This document shows, piece by piece, positions 29,882 through 39,269 of a stretch of DNA of 64,000 nucleotides (the stretch's first letter is position 1; each line of letters opens with the position of its first letter). The stretch is from a virus. Its lineage: Duplodnaviria; Caudoviricetes. The stretch is taken from the IMG/VR virus record IMGVR_UViG_3300027780_001580, positions 1-64,000 of that record, one strand, 5' to 3'. Position numbers and translations under genes: made by a program. The notes under the pieces are model-generated. The model was given only the letters and a program-made list of their open reading frames with translations, did no database searches and was not told the DNA's origin.

Positions 29882-30985
29882 TTATTTCAATCCTGCAAGT
29901 CGTCTAATGTCAACAATATTATTTGTTGATTCGACGCTTACACTACTAACGTTAGTTTTTCTATTGCCTGTAATCTCTTTTGCCTCTGACTCTGTTAATC
30001 TCGCCTTCTTCTTCTCCGGAGTCTTCCCGTCAATAACGGCAGTAATATACTTATCAAACGAATTTTTCAATTTGTCTGTTTGTACACTTTCCAGTAAGTC
30101 ATTCATAATCTCACGTTGGTCCTTACTTAAAGGCCCAGTTAATTCGGACATTACGTCTTTTCTCTTAGTCGCTTCTACAAGTTTTGCAATCTCTGCATTC
30201 TTTGTAGCGATAATTTTCTTAGCTTGTTCAGCTACAGCTTTTGCTTCTCCAACTGTTTTGTCTTTCAACGCAACAACCTTCATTAGCTTAGATGTTTCTG
30301 ATTTTTCATTTAAGTATGAATTAGTATACTCATTTGCAAACGTTTCGAAAATCTTGCGACCAAAATCGTTTTTACGTGCTGAATCAATATCATCTTTCAG
30401 TGCAGTAATTTCCTTTTTAAGGCCCTTACTTACTGTTTCAGTTACTAGTTCTGCACTTCTCTTAACAAAGGTAGTTTTAACTTTTGTTAAGTGATCTTTA
30501 GCTTCACGTACAAGGCGTACCTTGGTTTCGGCTAAGTCTTTCTTGTCTTGATGGAACTCTGCAATTTCTTTTGACAAAGCTTCTACTACAAACTCTTCAA
30601 GTGCACCAAATTTCTCTGATACAACTTTTTGATCCTCATGTAGTTCTCCAACTTCCTTCGTTAACTGATTTAGTACAAAGCCCTTTAACAAATCTGCGTT
30701 TTCACGCATTGCAACAGCGTATTTTGCTCTTGCCTCTGCTAGTGCTTTTCTATCTTCAGTAAATTCGGAAATTTCTTCGCTTAGTTTATCGTTGACTAAA
30801 CTGTCAACAGCTTCTACCATATGAGCTTTATCTATCTCATACTTTGAAGCAAACTCTTCGCGAAGCTCGGCAGTGACAGTAAGTTTATTTTCATTAACTT
30901 GCTTGTCCCATGCTTCTTGGATGTCAGCTTTAATCTCTTCAGAAAGAACATTGTTCTCAAAAAGTGATTTTAGTGCTTCCAACAT
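29882..30985 (-). CDS. gp22: Prohead core scaffolding protein (gp22-like)
   Basis: Coiled-coil, Glu/Lys-rich, GRKIFETF motif; lies between the protease and MCP genes. Confidence 0.85.
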   Translation of the reverse strand: MLEALKSLFENNVLSEEIKADIQEAWDKQVNENKLTVTAELREEFASKYEIDKAHMVEAVDSLVNDKLSEEISEFTEDRKALAEARAKYAVAMRENADLLKGFVLNQLTKEVGELHEDQKVVSEKFGALEEFVVEALSKEIAEFHQDKKDLAETKVRLVREAKDHLTKVKTTFVKRSAELVTETVSKGLKKEITALKDDIDSARKNDFGRKIFETFANEYTNSYLNEKSETSKLMKVVALKDKTVGEAKAVAEQAKKIIATKNAEIAKLVEATKRKDVMSELTGPLSKDQREIMNDLLESVQTDKLKNSFDKYITAVIDGKTPEKKKARLTESEAKEITGNRKTNVSSVSVESTNNIVDIRRLAGLK

Positions 30986-30997
30986 TATGGTCTCCTA

Positions 30998-31630
30998 TTA
31001 CCTTAGACCCTTGATGATATTCACCAAAGATTCTTTTAAATATTTTTGTGCCTTCGCATCGCCTGATACTTCACGTGCTATTTCAAGTGCCTTATACCCC
31101 CCACGGGAATTTAGTAAATGCTCGTATATGGGAGTTGGGTATGCACCCGGAGCACTTGGTTGTGCTACGCAATCAACTGTAATGATCTCGTAATCACTTA
31201 CTTCGCCGTCACCGTTTTCTGAAACGTTACCGGAACCACGCGATGAAACACCTAGTTTTACGCCTGCTTCAAGCATCGTTTGTACTAGTTGTCCCATTGG
31301 CGTAGGTAATACTTTTAACTTTCCGTAACCGTTTGGTCCATCCATCCACATCTCTGTGATCATATGGCTTACGCGGTCTAAGTTAATGTTAAGTCCTTCT
31401 GGGTGATCAACTTCTCCAAGAACACTATATCCTCCAGTAATTTGATCGTTGAGAGTTTTGACAGCTCTACCTATCTCAGTAACAGGGTAAACTCGCTGGT
31501 TAGCATTCTTTACACCGCCTTGGATGCAAATACCTTTTAAATAAAGATCTTTGCCGCCTTTCTGGTTCTCAGTAGTCTCGACGACCATATTTGCTTGGTC
31601 GAATGTCAATGTCTCAGTTAGATTGAACAC
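30998..31630 (-). CDS. gp21: Prohead maturation protease (gp21-like)
   Basis: GICIQGGVKNANQRVYP, LGEVDHP, TPMGQ, LGVSSRGSG and D.VAQPSAPGAYP. Confidence 0.95.
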   Translation of the reverse strand: MFNLTETLTFDQANMVVETTENQKGGKDLYLKGICIQGGVKNANQRVYPVTEIGRAVKTLNDQITGGYSVLGEVDHPEGLNINLDRVSHMITEMWMDGPNGYGKLKVLPTPMGQLVQTMLEAGVKLGVSSRGSGNVSENGDGEVSDYEIITVDCVAQPSAPGAYPTPIYEHLLNSRGGYKALEIAREVSGDAKAQKYLKESLVNIIKGLR

Positions 31631-31648
31631 TTATAAGTTCCTTAACAA

Positions 31649-32602
31649 TTATTTACCAACAACACTTTTGCTGTCAGTACCTGATTCGCCTGCGCCTTTT
31701 TTCTCTGCGCCATGGCCTTTTGAGTTAGCACTCATTGACTTTGAAGCTTTTCCGCCTGGTACGTTAACGTTCCCTGCATTATCTTCTTTAGGTCCAGAAG
31801 CTTTTCCGCCCTTTTCCTCAGATGAACCTTTAGCAATATTTGCTGTTGTTCCACCCATGTCATTTTTGCCAGCTACTGGAGATTTGGTGTTATCACCATT
31901 GTCGCCCATATTAGCTGTCACTTTTTCAACATATTCACGCATTTGTGAATTTGCATCTTTTGCGCCTTCATAACGCACTGGTGCTACTTCAAGATCGGCT
32001 TGTGGAGCAAATGCTTCCTCAGCCTCTTCCTCATCACCTTCGTCTCCAGCATCCATTGGCATTTCCATGTCATCTTCGCCTTCGTCGTCACCTTCTTTGT
32101 CGTCACTCATCATGGCGTCAAATTCAGCTTTTAGGTCATCGAAAGTATCTTCTAAATCAGTAACGCGGTCTTCAATGTCCTCGTCATCTGACTCTTCACC
32201 TTCTTCGCCGTCTGTATCAGCGGCAATGTCAGCCATCATATCATCAGCGGCATCGCCACCCATGTCATCATCAGCTTCTGGTGTAATTTGATCTACAAAG
32301 TTTTCTTCAACTTCTTCGTCTGTAGCTTCGTCAACTTCTTCATCAGTAGATTCATCTAAGTCTTCGTCTGACTCATCTACTTCTTCATCGTTTGCTTCAT
32401 CTACTTCTTCATCAGTTGTTTCATCAACTTCTTCGTCTGTTGCTTCGTCTACTTCAACTTCTTCAACATCGTCTTTTAGTAAATTTTCGTATATATCGCG
32501 TGATTTTTCAACCACAATCTCGTGAAACAGGTCTTCTGCACCCGCTCTGTCTTCAGCAATTAGCTTTTCAAGCATTGCTTCAAATTTATTCGTATTAGCC
32601 AT
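31649..32602 (-). CDS. Highly acidic prohead core/internal scaffold protein
   Basis: Asp/Glu-rich repeats; position upstream of the protease as for T4 gp67/gp68. Confidence 0.65.
   Translation of the reverse strand: MANTNKFEAMLEKLIAEDRAGAEDLFHEIVVEKSRDIYENLLKDDVEEVEVDEATDEEVDETTDEEVDEANDEEVDESDEDLDESTDEEVDEATDEEVEENFVDQITPEADDDMGGDAADDMMADIAADTDGEEGEESDDEDIEDRVTDLEDTFDDLKAEFDAMMSDDKEGDDEGEDDMEMPMDAGDEGDEEEAEEAFAPQADLEVAPVRYEGAKDANSQMREYVEKVTANMGDNGDNTKSPVAGKNDMGGTTANIAKGSSEEKGGKASGPKEDNAGNVNVPGGKASKSMSANSKGHGAEKKGAGESGTDSKSVVGK
32300..32465 (-). repeat. Degenerate 24-nt (8-aa DEEVDE(A/T/S)x) tandem repeats
   Basis: DEATDEEVDETTDEEVDEANDEEVDES... in the acidic core protein. Confidence 0.8.
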
Positions 32603-32711
32603 TTTATTATCTCCTCCTGTTGTTTAGATATGATAAGCTGTCAATTGTATTTATGGTTTTTGATTAAAAGGGGGGTTAAACCGGACAAAACGAGCCGGTT
32701 TTACATTAAGA

Positions 32712-33308
32712 TTATAAATCCATGAACTTTTCCATGAATTCCTTGGTTGTCATATGCGACAAGTTACCTAATGGGCGTAAGTTGTCTGGACAGTAGTCAT
32801 CTTTGTTCTCAACTACTCTTATATATCTCTTTTGCACGTTTTTTTGAATTATGATACCTGTTTGTCTAGACCAATTCCCATGGTATGTTGCAACTTCTGT
32901 ACTTCTTTTATAATTTTCAGTGTCTGCGTACAAGTTATTAATCTTTCCTTCTGTACCTTCAAAATCAAACCCTAGTATGTATATCTGATCATGTGTATGT
33001 TCTGTAGTGTTTGTAGCTAACCATAATGCAGTTGGTCCGCTTGACCAGCCTAATGGAGTTGCAAAGTAGTTAAATTTATGAAATTTCTCGAATAATTTGT
33101 TTGGATTAGTCCATACGCTATTATCTATTTGGTACTGTGATCTGTTTATCTCTGTAACCATCTTAGTATCTACTGCAACTAGATAGTCAGGATTTACGCC
33201 TTCTCTATAAACTGCGTTACAAGCGTATAGTAATCCGTGTTGTTTGAGTTTTGTTAAATTTACAGGTTTTCTAGAGGTACCGTTACCTACTACAAACGCT
33301 ATTGACAT
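32712..33308 (-). CDS. MptE/DUF115/Maf-like (sialyltransferase-fold) protein
   Basis: AFVVGNGTS, YACNAVY, PDYLVAVD, SSGPTALWLA and IYILGFDF motifs. Confidence 0.6.
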   Translation of the reverse strand: MSIAFVVGNGTSRKPVNLTKLKQHGLLYACNAVYREGVNPDYLVAVDTKMVTEINRSQYQIDNSVWTNPNKLFEKFHKFNYFATPLGWSSGPTALWLATNTTEHTHDQIYILGFDFEGTEGKINNLYADTENYKRSTEVATYHGNWSRQTGIIIQKNVQKRYIRVVENKDDYCPDNLRPLGNLSHMTTKEFMEKFMDL

Positions 33309-33310
33309 TC

Positions 33311-33556
33311 TTAGACACCTACTTCTGCATTAGCTGAAAGTCCATACATTTGTCTTACAAAATGTAATTCCTTCTCGCTCTCCTCTTTATGTAGTTCAGA
33401 TGCTTGTCTCATTTTATTAATCTGGCGTAGGGTTAGTCGCGTCTTACGTGTGTCATCTTTCTTAAGAATCGAGTCGTCATACGAGGGATCATAAGAGGTG
33501 TTTTCAACAGGCTCTAATGTTTCTTTATCAAAATAAAATAGTTCACGTAGTATCAT
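33311..33556 (-). CDS. Hypothetical head-module protein
   Basis: 81 aa with DTRKTRLTL.QINK.R...MYG; late promoter at 33562-33569. Confidence 0.65.
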   Translation of the reverse strand: MILRELFYFDKETLEPVENTSYDPSYDDSILKKDDTRKTRLTLRQINKMRQASELHKEESEKELHFVRQMYGLSANAEVGV

Positions 33557-33564
33557 GCTAGTAT

Positions 33565-35298
33565 TTATACCTCTCCGCCCGGTAGCGGGGTTTCACCTGT
33601 TACTGTTTCTGGAGGAGTACCATCTCCACCATCTTCTGGTGCTGGTGCGTCCGGATCAACAGCTTCGTCTTCCATACCTGACATGTCAGCAGTCATGCCT
33701 GCGGCACTTACTCCTGCTCCACGCATTTCGCCTGCGGCGTCTGTTGGAATTGGTTCTATGTTTTCATCGTTCTCTTCACGCCATAACTTTTCGTTGTCTG
33801 CAACTTCTTCTGCACTTAGGCCTAAGAAACGTTTTAGTGCAAATCTATTTGAAACATAAGGTACTGCACTCATTTGTGTAAATGTACCAACTCTTGCATT
33901 ATCAAGTTCACTCTGTCTGTAACTTGCAAAGTTTTGTGGTGGTTGCATTCTAAGGTCAAACATTGCTGTGTCAATGTTAATACCTTTTTCTAATAGGTAA
34001 CGTTTAAAATCTTGGTTAAAACTTTCTGTTAAAAGCCCTTGTAGTCTTTCACAGTAGGTATTGAATCGTAACTCTTGTATGTATGCTGTACCCACTCGCC
34101 CATCTTGGAATGCACTAGCACCATCGTCAGGCCCTGTAGGAAGATAAGAACTAGGAATACGCAAGCCGCGTACCAGCTTATTAGTAAAATATCTAAGATC
34201 ATCAATCTCTCCTAGGTTAGTACCGCCTGGTAGTGTTTCAACTTTAGAACCTCTACCTTCAGCAGTTTGTGGGAAGAAGTAATCTTCATTAATACTTAAT
34301 GGGTTATAACTACTATCAATAACATTATTTCCACCGCCTGTAGCACTTGGAATACGTCTTTGATGAATGTCTGTTTTTACACGTTCAACAAACTGCATTG
34401 CTAAGTGACTTGGCATATTACCTACGTCAACGTAAAATACTCTACGCTCAGGTGCTCTTTGCACTCTGTAAATAATAATAGCATCTTCAAGTAATTCTTT
34501 TTGTTTGTATACTTTAAATATTGATTCAAGTAAACTGTTACCAAACGGAAAGTTGTTGTCTAAGCCTTCGCTTAAACTTAAATGCACCATATGCTCTGCA
34601 TCAATTGCAAATTCTGATTCGCCTTTAGCAAAACGTCCACCTTGTAATGCTTGGTTAGGTGCGCCTGTCATTCCTCTTGCACCGCCAGTCATATAACCAT
34701 CACCGCCACCAGTAACGTTTCCGTTAGTCTGTAATGGTGTAGTTGCTACGCCGTCAACAAAGTTTAAATTAACATTCTTAACAACATATTGTTCAGGGGT
34801 TTTGCCTTCGCTTTCGTTAACAATAATCTTTGTAACGTTTGCCGGATCAATGAAGTGCCATTTTTTAGTTTCTGGATCTCTAATAAAAAATGCATCACCA
34901 TACTTAAACACATTACGTAAAATACGAAACATGCGTGTTTCAAACTTCTGTAACTTACACCATTGTTGTAGATATAATTTAAGTGTTGTTACTTCTGTGT
35001 TAGTTGCGTCTTGATTAAAGTCCATCATAAACGGACTTCTATTTGATGTATTCTTTTGGGTTGTAAATTCTGCTAAGATATCTAATGCGGCATTGACTTC
35101 ACTGTCATTGTCCATTGTATTATACTGACCATACCGTTCAACACGATTTGGCGAACCAACATACACATCTGGTAGGTAACTTGAATAGTTTGCTTGGGCT
35201 GGGCCCATGCCGCCGTCTCCGCGACCGCCTAGTGGGGAATAACTTCCATTTTGTGCAGTACCAGTAGGAACTGGCGTAAAATAACGTTTCCAACTCAT
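33565..35298 (-). CDS. gp20: Portal vertex protein (gp20-like)
   Basis: LLEDAIIIYRVQRAPERRVFYVDVGNMP, EDYFFP...GRGSKVETLPGG.NLGEIDD and L.IPSS. Confidence 0.95.
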   Translation of the reverse strand: MSWKRYFTPVPTGTAQNGSYSPLGGRGDGGMGPAQANYSSYLPDVYVGSPNRVERYGQYNTMDNDSEVNAALDILAEFTTQKNTSNRSPFMMDFNQDATNTEVTTLKLYLQQWCKLQKFETRMFRILRNVFKYGDAFFIRDPETKKWHFIDPANVTKIIVNESEGKTPEQYVVKNVNLNFVDGVATTPLQTNGNVTGGGDGYMTGGARGMTGAPNQALQGGRFAKGESEFAIDAEHMVHLSLSEGLDNNFPFGNSLLESIFKVYKQKELLEDAIIIYRVQRAPERRVFYVDVGNMPSHLAMQFVERVKTDIHQRRIPSATGGGNNVIDSSYNPLSINEDYFFPQTAEGRGSKVETLPGGTNLGEIDDLRYFTNKLVRGLRIPSSYLPTGPDDGASAFQDGRVGTAYIQELRFNTYCERLQGLLTESFNQDFKRYLLEKGINIDTAMFDLRMQPPQNFASYRQSELDNARVGTFTQMSAVPYVSNRFALKRFLGLSAEEVADNEKLWREENDENIEPIPTDAAGEMRGAGVSAAGMTADMSGMEDEAVDPDAPAPEDGGDGTPPETVTGETPLPGGEV

Positions 35299-35299
35299 A

Positions 35300-37939
35300 T
35301 TATGCCGCTCCTGATAGTGCTCGTGTCATGTTTTTTCCACCTTTAGTTTGTTTTTTCAACTCTTCAAGTATCAAGTTGTTAACACTATTTAACGAAGTTA
35401 GCATGGAAGAAGACTTATCTTGACTCTCGTTATTAACATTTAGTACTTTGGTAAACGATGCTTTGGTTTCTGCATCCATTGTTTTATACACTTCGTTGTA
35501 TTCTTTAATCTGTTTAATTAATTCTTTTATGTTTTTAGATACAGATTTTAAATTGGCATCGTCCATAGCTTCAACATATGCCGCAATGCCTTGTAATCCG
35601 TCTCCAATATTTTTTAATCCTGCGGCATCAATGTCAGCAAAAGATTCAAGATCTTTAGCCATTTTTGTCATGCCACCATCATTGCCAAATAACCCACCTA
35701 AGAATTTACTAAAGCTATCCATTAAGCCGTCACCAGTAAATGCTGAGATACCTTTTTGTAAACTAGTTAATGCAGGTCCCATCTCTTTCATTGATTTTGA
35801 ATCAATGCCTTCAAAGGATTTAACACCTGCTGATATCTTTTCTAAGGCTCCGTCACCTACAAACGATGCAACAATACCACCTTTGGCCAAGCCCATAATA
35901 TTAGATGTTAACGGACCTAATGATTTACCAACGTCAAGTAACTTCTTAGAATCCATGTCTTCAAACTTCTTAACACCGCCTGCTAGTTTATCAATGCTAC
36001 TAAAAATAGAATCAATTACTGCCGCAATTCCAAACATCGCAACACCAACTCCGGCAAATGCTAAACCAAGCGCCGCAATGCCTGGCGATGCAATTAGTAG
36101 TGGAATTGCCATAGCCTTAATTGCTAAGGTAAATCCAATTAATACTGCCGCGGCACCTATGCCGCCCCACATTAATGCTTTGCCAAATGTTTCAAACTTT
36201 TCAATTATTGGTCCTAAGGCCGCAAACATAGTTCCAAACAGTCCTGCACCTTTTTCACCACTTGCTCCACCTTTGTTACTCTCTGGATGACCAGGTGGTG
36301 GTTTGCTCTCTCCAGTAAACATTCTTTTGATTGGTTCAAAAATATACTTAGATACTAACTCGCCAATCTTCATTGTTTTAAAATCTTTAGTAAAGTTTGC
36401 AATATATGTACCTATACTATCAATAGCTACTCCTAGCCTATCAATAAATCCTTGGATCATTGTTTGCGTTTCAGCTTTGCCAAACCATGCTGTTAACCCT
36501 GATAATGCAGTTTGCATTTTATCAAAGATGCCAGAAGTAATCAGTTTATCCATAATATTACTACGTACTGTTTGGATCACTTTATCAAAGTTGGTCAGTA
36601 TTTTTTCTTTAGCGGCCACAGCATCTAGTTGTTTTTGGTCTGCATCAGAAATTTTACCACCGATTGTTGCCATTCTAGACATTGCTAGTACAGCATCATA
36701 TGTTGTATTCCCTAATACTTGGGAGGTTGAGATCATAGCCGCGTTTTCTTTAACGTACTTTTTTGCCTCTGCAATTTGTTCGTTTGTCTGAGTTGCAAAT
36801 TGTTCTGCTGTTAGAGTTCCATTTCTTAGTCCTATAGCCATCTCGGCAAACTGTGGATTAGTACGTATTAAACTTTTACCAAACTCACTTAGTGGAACAC
36901 CGTTAGTTGCAACCAATTCTTTTAGTGCGTTTTCCATCTCTGGACTTGCACCTTTGATCATTGTTAAACTGGAATTAAGCTGTTGCTTCATTTTGTCATC
37001 CATGTTCATGATCAACGCTGAAATTCTGCCGTCCATACTTTGGCTTTTCATTTCGTCAGCAATCTGCTTTCTACTCATACCAGTAACTTTAGAAAGTTGA
37101 TCAAGTTGCATGACATATTCTGTTGTACCTTTAGCTAAGGATTTTGCAGATCGTCCTTCCATTCTACCTTGTATCATTTGTAGATCAATGTAGTCTGCGG
37201 TAAACTCAGTAACATCTTCCATTGTCATACCTAGTGCAGAAAATTGTTGCTGTGACTGTTGTACAATTTTTGTAATCTTAGAAAATTCATTAGCACCCTT
37301 AGTTGCGCCGCCAAATGCTTGAGCAAATAGTTGTGAGTTCTCGCCGAGCACTCCTGCTAAGGTTTCCATTTTTATACCAGCTTGTGCCGCTTTTGATTGC
37401 ATTTCAAATAAGCTATTACCAAAGTCAATACCACCGTTGGATAATGTACGATAGGTGTCTATCTGACTGTCCATCATATTAAGCATAGTTTGACCAAATT
37501 GTCCTACTACGCCTCCAACTATTGGAAATTTTGAAACTAATCCAGTAACATGCTGACCAAAGTCACTGATTCTGTCACCACCACTAAGTAACTCATTACC
37601 TAGCCCACCAATAGCATTAACAGTATTGCCTATTCCGCTGAATAGACCCATAGTATATCTATCTAGAGCTTTGCCAGCGTTTGCTATCTTTTGAGTAAGT
37701 TTTACTTGTGCTTTAGTTTGGTCTTTTGTACTTTCTGTGCTTTCTTGAGTGGCTTTGTTATCCTCAGTTTGTATCTTAACACCTTTAGATTGGACATCAC
37801 CTGCCATTTTTGACACAGCTCCGCCATTACCGCCCTTTTTTTCCATAAGAGCAACTAATCGTGCTAGTGTAGCTTCTGATGCGGCATTACTAGTAACGCC
37901 ATCCATGCCACCGCCTCTGTATGTAACTTCAACTGCCAT
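35300..37939 (-). CDS. Tape measure-like protein
   Basis: 879 aa, helical and Ala/Gly/Met-rich with a hydrophobic segment (GGIGAAAVLIGFTLAI...); adjacent to the frameshifting chaperone gene. Confidence 0.7.
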   Translation of the reverse strand: MAVEVTYRGGGMDGVTSNAASEATLARLVALMEKKGGNGGAVSKMAGDVQSKGVKIQTEDNKATQESTESTKDQTKAQVKLTQKIANAGKALDRYTMGLFSGIGNTVNAIGGLGNELLSGGDRISDFGQHVTGLVSKFPIVGGVVGQFGQTMLNMMDSQIDTYRTLSNGGIDFGNSLFEMQSKAAQAGIKMETLAGVLGENSQLFAQAFGGATKGANEFSKITKIVQQSQQQFSALGMTMEDVTEFTADYIDLQMIQGRMEGRSAKSLAKGTTEYVMQLDQLSKVTGMSRKQIADEMKSQSMDGRISALIMNMDDKMKQQLNSSLTMIKGASPEMENALKELVATNGVPLSEFGKSLIRTNPQFAEMAIGLRNGTLTAEQFATQTNEQIAEAKKYVKENAAMISTSQVLGNTTYDAVLAMSRMATIGGKISDADQKQLDAVAAKEKILTNFDKVIQTVRSNIMDKLITSGIFDKMQTALSGLTAWFGKAETQTMIQGFIDRLGVAIDSIGTYIANFTKDFKTMKIGELVSKYIFEPIKRMFTGESKPPPGHPESNKGGASGEKGAGLFGTMFAALGPIIEKFETFGKALMWGGIGAAAVLIGFTLAIKAMAIPLLIASPGIAALGLAFAGVGVAMFGIAAVIDSIFSSIDKLAGGVKKFEDMDSKKLLDVGKSLGPLTSNIMGLAKGGIVASFVGDGALEKISAGVKSFEGIDSKSMKEMGPALTSLQKGISAFTGDGLMDSFSKFLGGLFGNDGGMTKMAKDLESFADIDAAGLKNIGDGLQGIAAYVEAMDDANLKSVSKNIKELIKQIKEYNEVYKTMDAETKASFTKVLNVNNESQDKSSSMLTSLNSVNNLILEELKKQTKGGKNMTRALSGAA

Positions 37940-38014
37940 TTATTAAGTACCTATATAAGTCCTGATCATAAATATGTATATGAACAACACTTATTATTTA
38001 TCCGGAGAAAAACA

Positions 38015-38884
38015 ATGCCAGAAATAGAAAGAAGCGGATCCAATCCGTTACAGAAATATTTTAGGCAACCAAAAATATATATCGGCTTACCTAGCAAAGG
38101 TAACTGGTATCCAGATGGAAGTATAGAAAAAACAGAAACAGGCGAATATCCAATTTATGCAATGACAGCAAGAGATGAACTTATGTTTAAAACTCCTGAT
38201 GCATTACTTAATGGACAAGCAACTGTAGACGTTATTCATAGTTGTGTCCCTAACATTAAAAACGCTTGGGACGTTCCTACTATTGATTTAGATACTCTAT
38301 TGGTTGCTATAAGAATTGCCACATACGGCGAAAAATTAGAACTATCAACTAAAGTACCAGGAAATTCGGATCTAGAGAGAAAATTTGATTTAGATCTTAG
38401 AGTAGTATTGGACAAGTTTACAGGCGTTGATTACAACAGTATTATTACAGTTGATGATTTAACACTTACACTTAGACCTCAAACCTACCGAGAGTTTACT
38501 AAAGTTGCAACAAAAACATTCGAAGAGCAACGTATTGCTAGTGCAGTTCAAGATAACGATATGACTGATGATGAGAAGTTAGTAGTCTTTAACAAAGCGT
38601 TTACTGCATTAACATCAATTACTATTGACATGGTAATGGACGGGGTTGCTACTATTCAAACAGCCGAAGGTGATGTTGTTACTGATAAAAATCATATTGC
38701 ACAGTTTATATCAAATGCAGACAAAAAGTTTTATACATCTGTAACTGATAATATGGAAGCAAATAGATCTAAGTTTAGTTTGAAGCCAATCACAATAGAA
38801 TCTACTGAAGAAGAGCTTGAAGCAGGTGCTCCTAAAACATGGGAAATGCCTATTACATTTGATCAAGCAAATTTTTTCGGATAA
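38015..38884 (+). CDS. Baseplate hub/tail assembly chaperone (T4 gp26-like)
   Basis: NPLQKYFRQPKIY..LPS.G..Y, MTARDEL..KTPDALLNG, DLD.LL.AIRIATYG and C-terminal FDQANFF. Confidence 0.8.
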   Translation: MPEIERSGSNPLQKYFRQPKIYIGLPSKGNWYPDGSIEKTETGEYPIYAMTARDELMFKTPDALLNGQATVDVIHSCVPNIKNAWDVPTIDLDTLLVAIRIATYGEKLELSTKVPGNSDLERKFDLDLRVVLDKFTGVDYNSIITVDDLTLTLRPQTYREFTKVATKTFEEQRIASAVQDNDMTDDEKLVVFNKAFTALTSITIDMVMDGVATIQTAEGDVVTDKNHIAQFISNADKKFYTSVTDNMEANRSKFSLKPITIESTEEELEAGAPKTWEMPITFDQANFFG

Positions 38885-38915
38885 GGATATCAGCTCTGGC
38901 TCTGCCTGATATCCT
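38869..38915 (+). promoter_or_regulatory. Programmed -1 ribosomal frameshift signal
   Basis: Overlapping heptamers A AAT TTT and T TTT TTC, a 5-nt spacer after the second, then a perfect 10-bp stem AGGATATCAG/CTGATATCCT. Confidence 0.8.
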
Positions 38916-39108
38916 AAAAATTGTTGACGACTTAGAAAATGAGACCAAGAACTTTAAAATGGAACTAATGCGTACAGTATGGTACATGAGAGGTTCAGTG
39001 AGTCTTGAAGAAATTTATCAAGTAGGTCCTGAAGATAGAGAAATTATGTCTAAGTTAATTAAAGAAAATCTAGAAACTACTAAAAAATCCGGACAACCGT
39101 TCTTTTAG
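38869..39108 (+). CDS. -1 frame extension of the gp26-like gene (gp51/GT-like C-terminal domain)
   Basis: Not in the track. The -1 frame is open from the slippery site: ...RIRISALALPDILKIVDDLENETKNFKMELMRTVWYMRGSVSLEEIYQVGPEDREIMSKLIKENLETTKKSGQPFF*. Confidence 0.75.
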   Translation, partial: KFFRIRISALALPDILKIVDDLENETKNFKMELMRTVWYMRGSVSLEEIYQVGPEDREIMSKLIKENLETTKKSGQPFF

Positions 39109-39269
39109 AGTATACAAAGTTTCAAAAGGATAAATGATATGATTAATCCTTTTGCAAACGCTATCCACATCATTTGATAATTAGTAAGTTTTGTGCATTT
39201 CTGAAATGCAATTAAATGTGCTCTATGCCATCTAGTAAATGCGTATAATGGCGTTGTTAAGTACTTCAT
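39105..39269 (-). CDS. Small membrane protein (54 aa)
   Basis: Not in the track. MKYLTTPLYAFTRWHRAHLIAFQKCTKLTNYQMMWIAFAKGLIISFILLKLCIL*; its ATG overlaps the TGA of the upstream gene (ATGA). Confidence 0.65.
   Translation of the reverse strand: MKYLTTPLYAFTRWHRAHLIAFQKCTKLTNYQMMWIAFAKGLIISFILLKLCIL

Noticed and set aside
29766-30494. Long antisense ORFs (also 35448-36290, 41205-41849 and many others in the track)
   Set aside because: They are shadow frames of strongly codon-biased genes on the opposite strand and show no recognisable motifs.
32678-32701. AAACCGG...CCGGTTT inverted repeat as a special element
   Set aside because: Most simply a weak terminator after the 32712-33308 gene; nothing else supports a distinct function.
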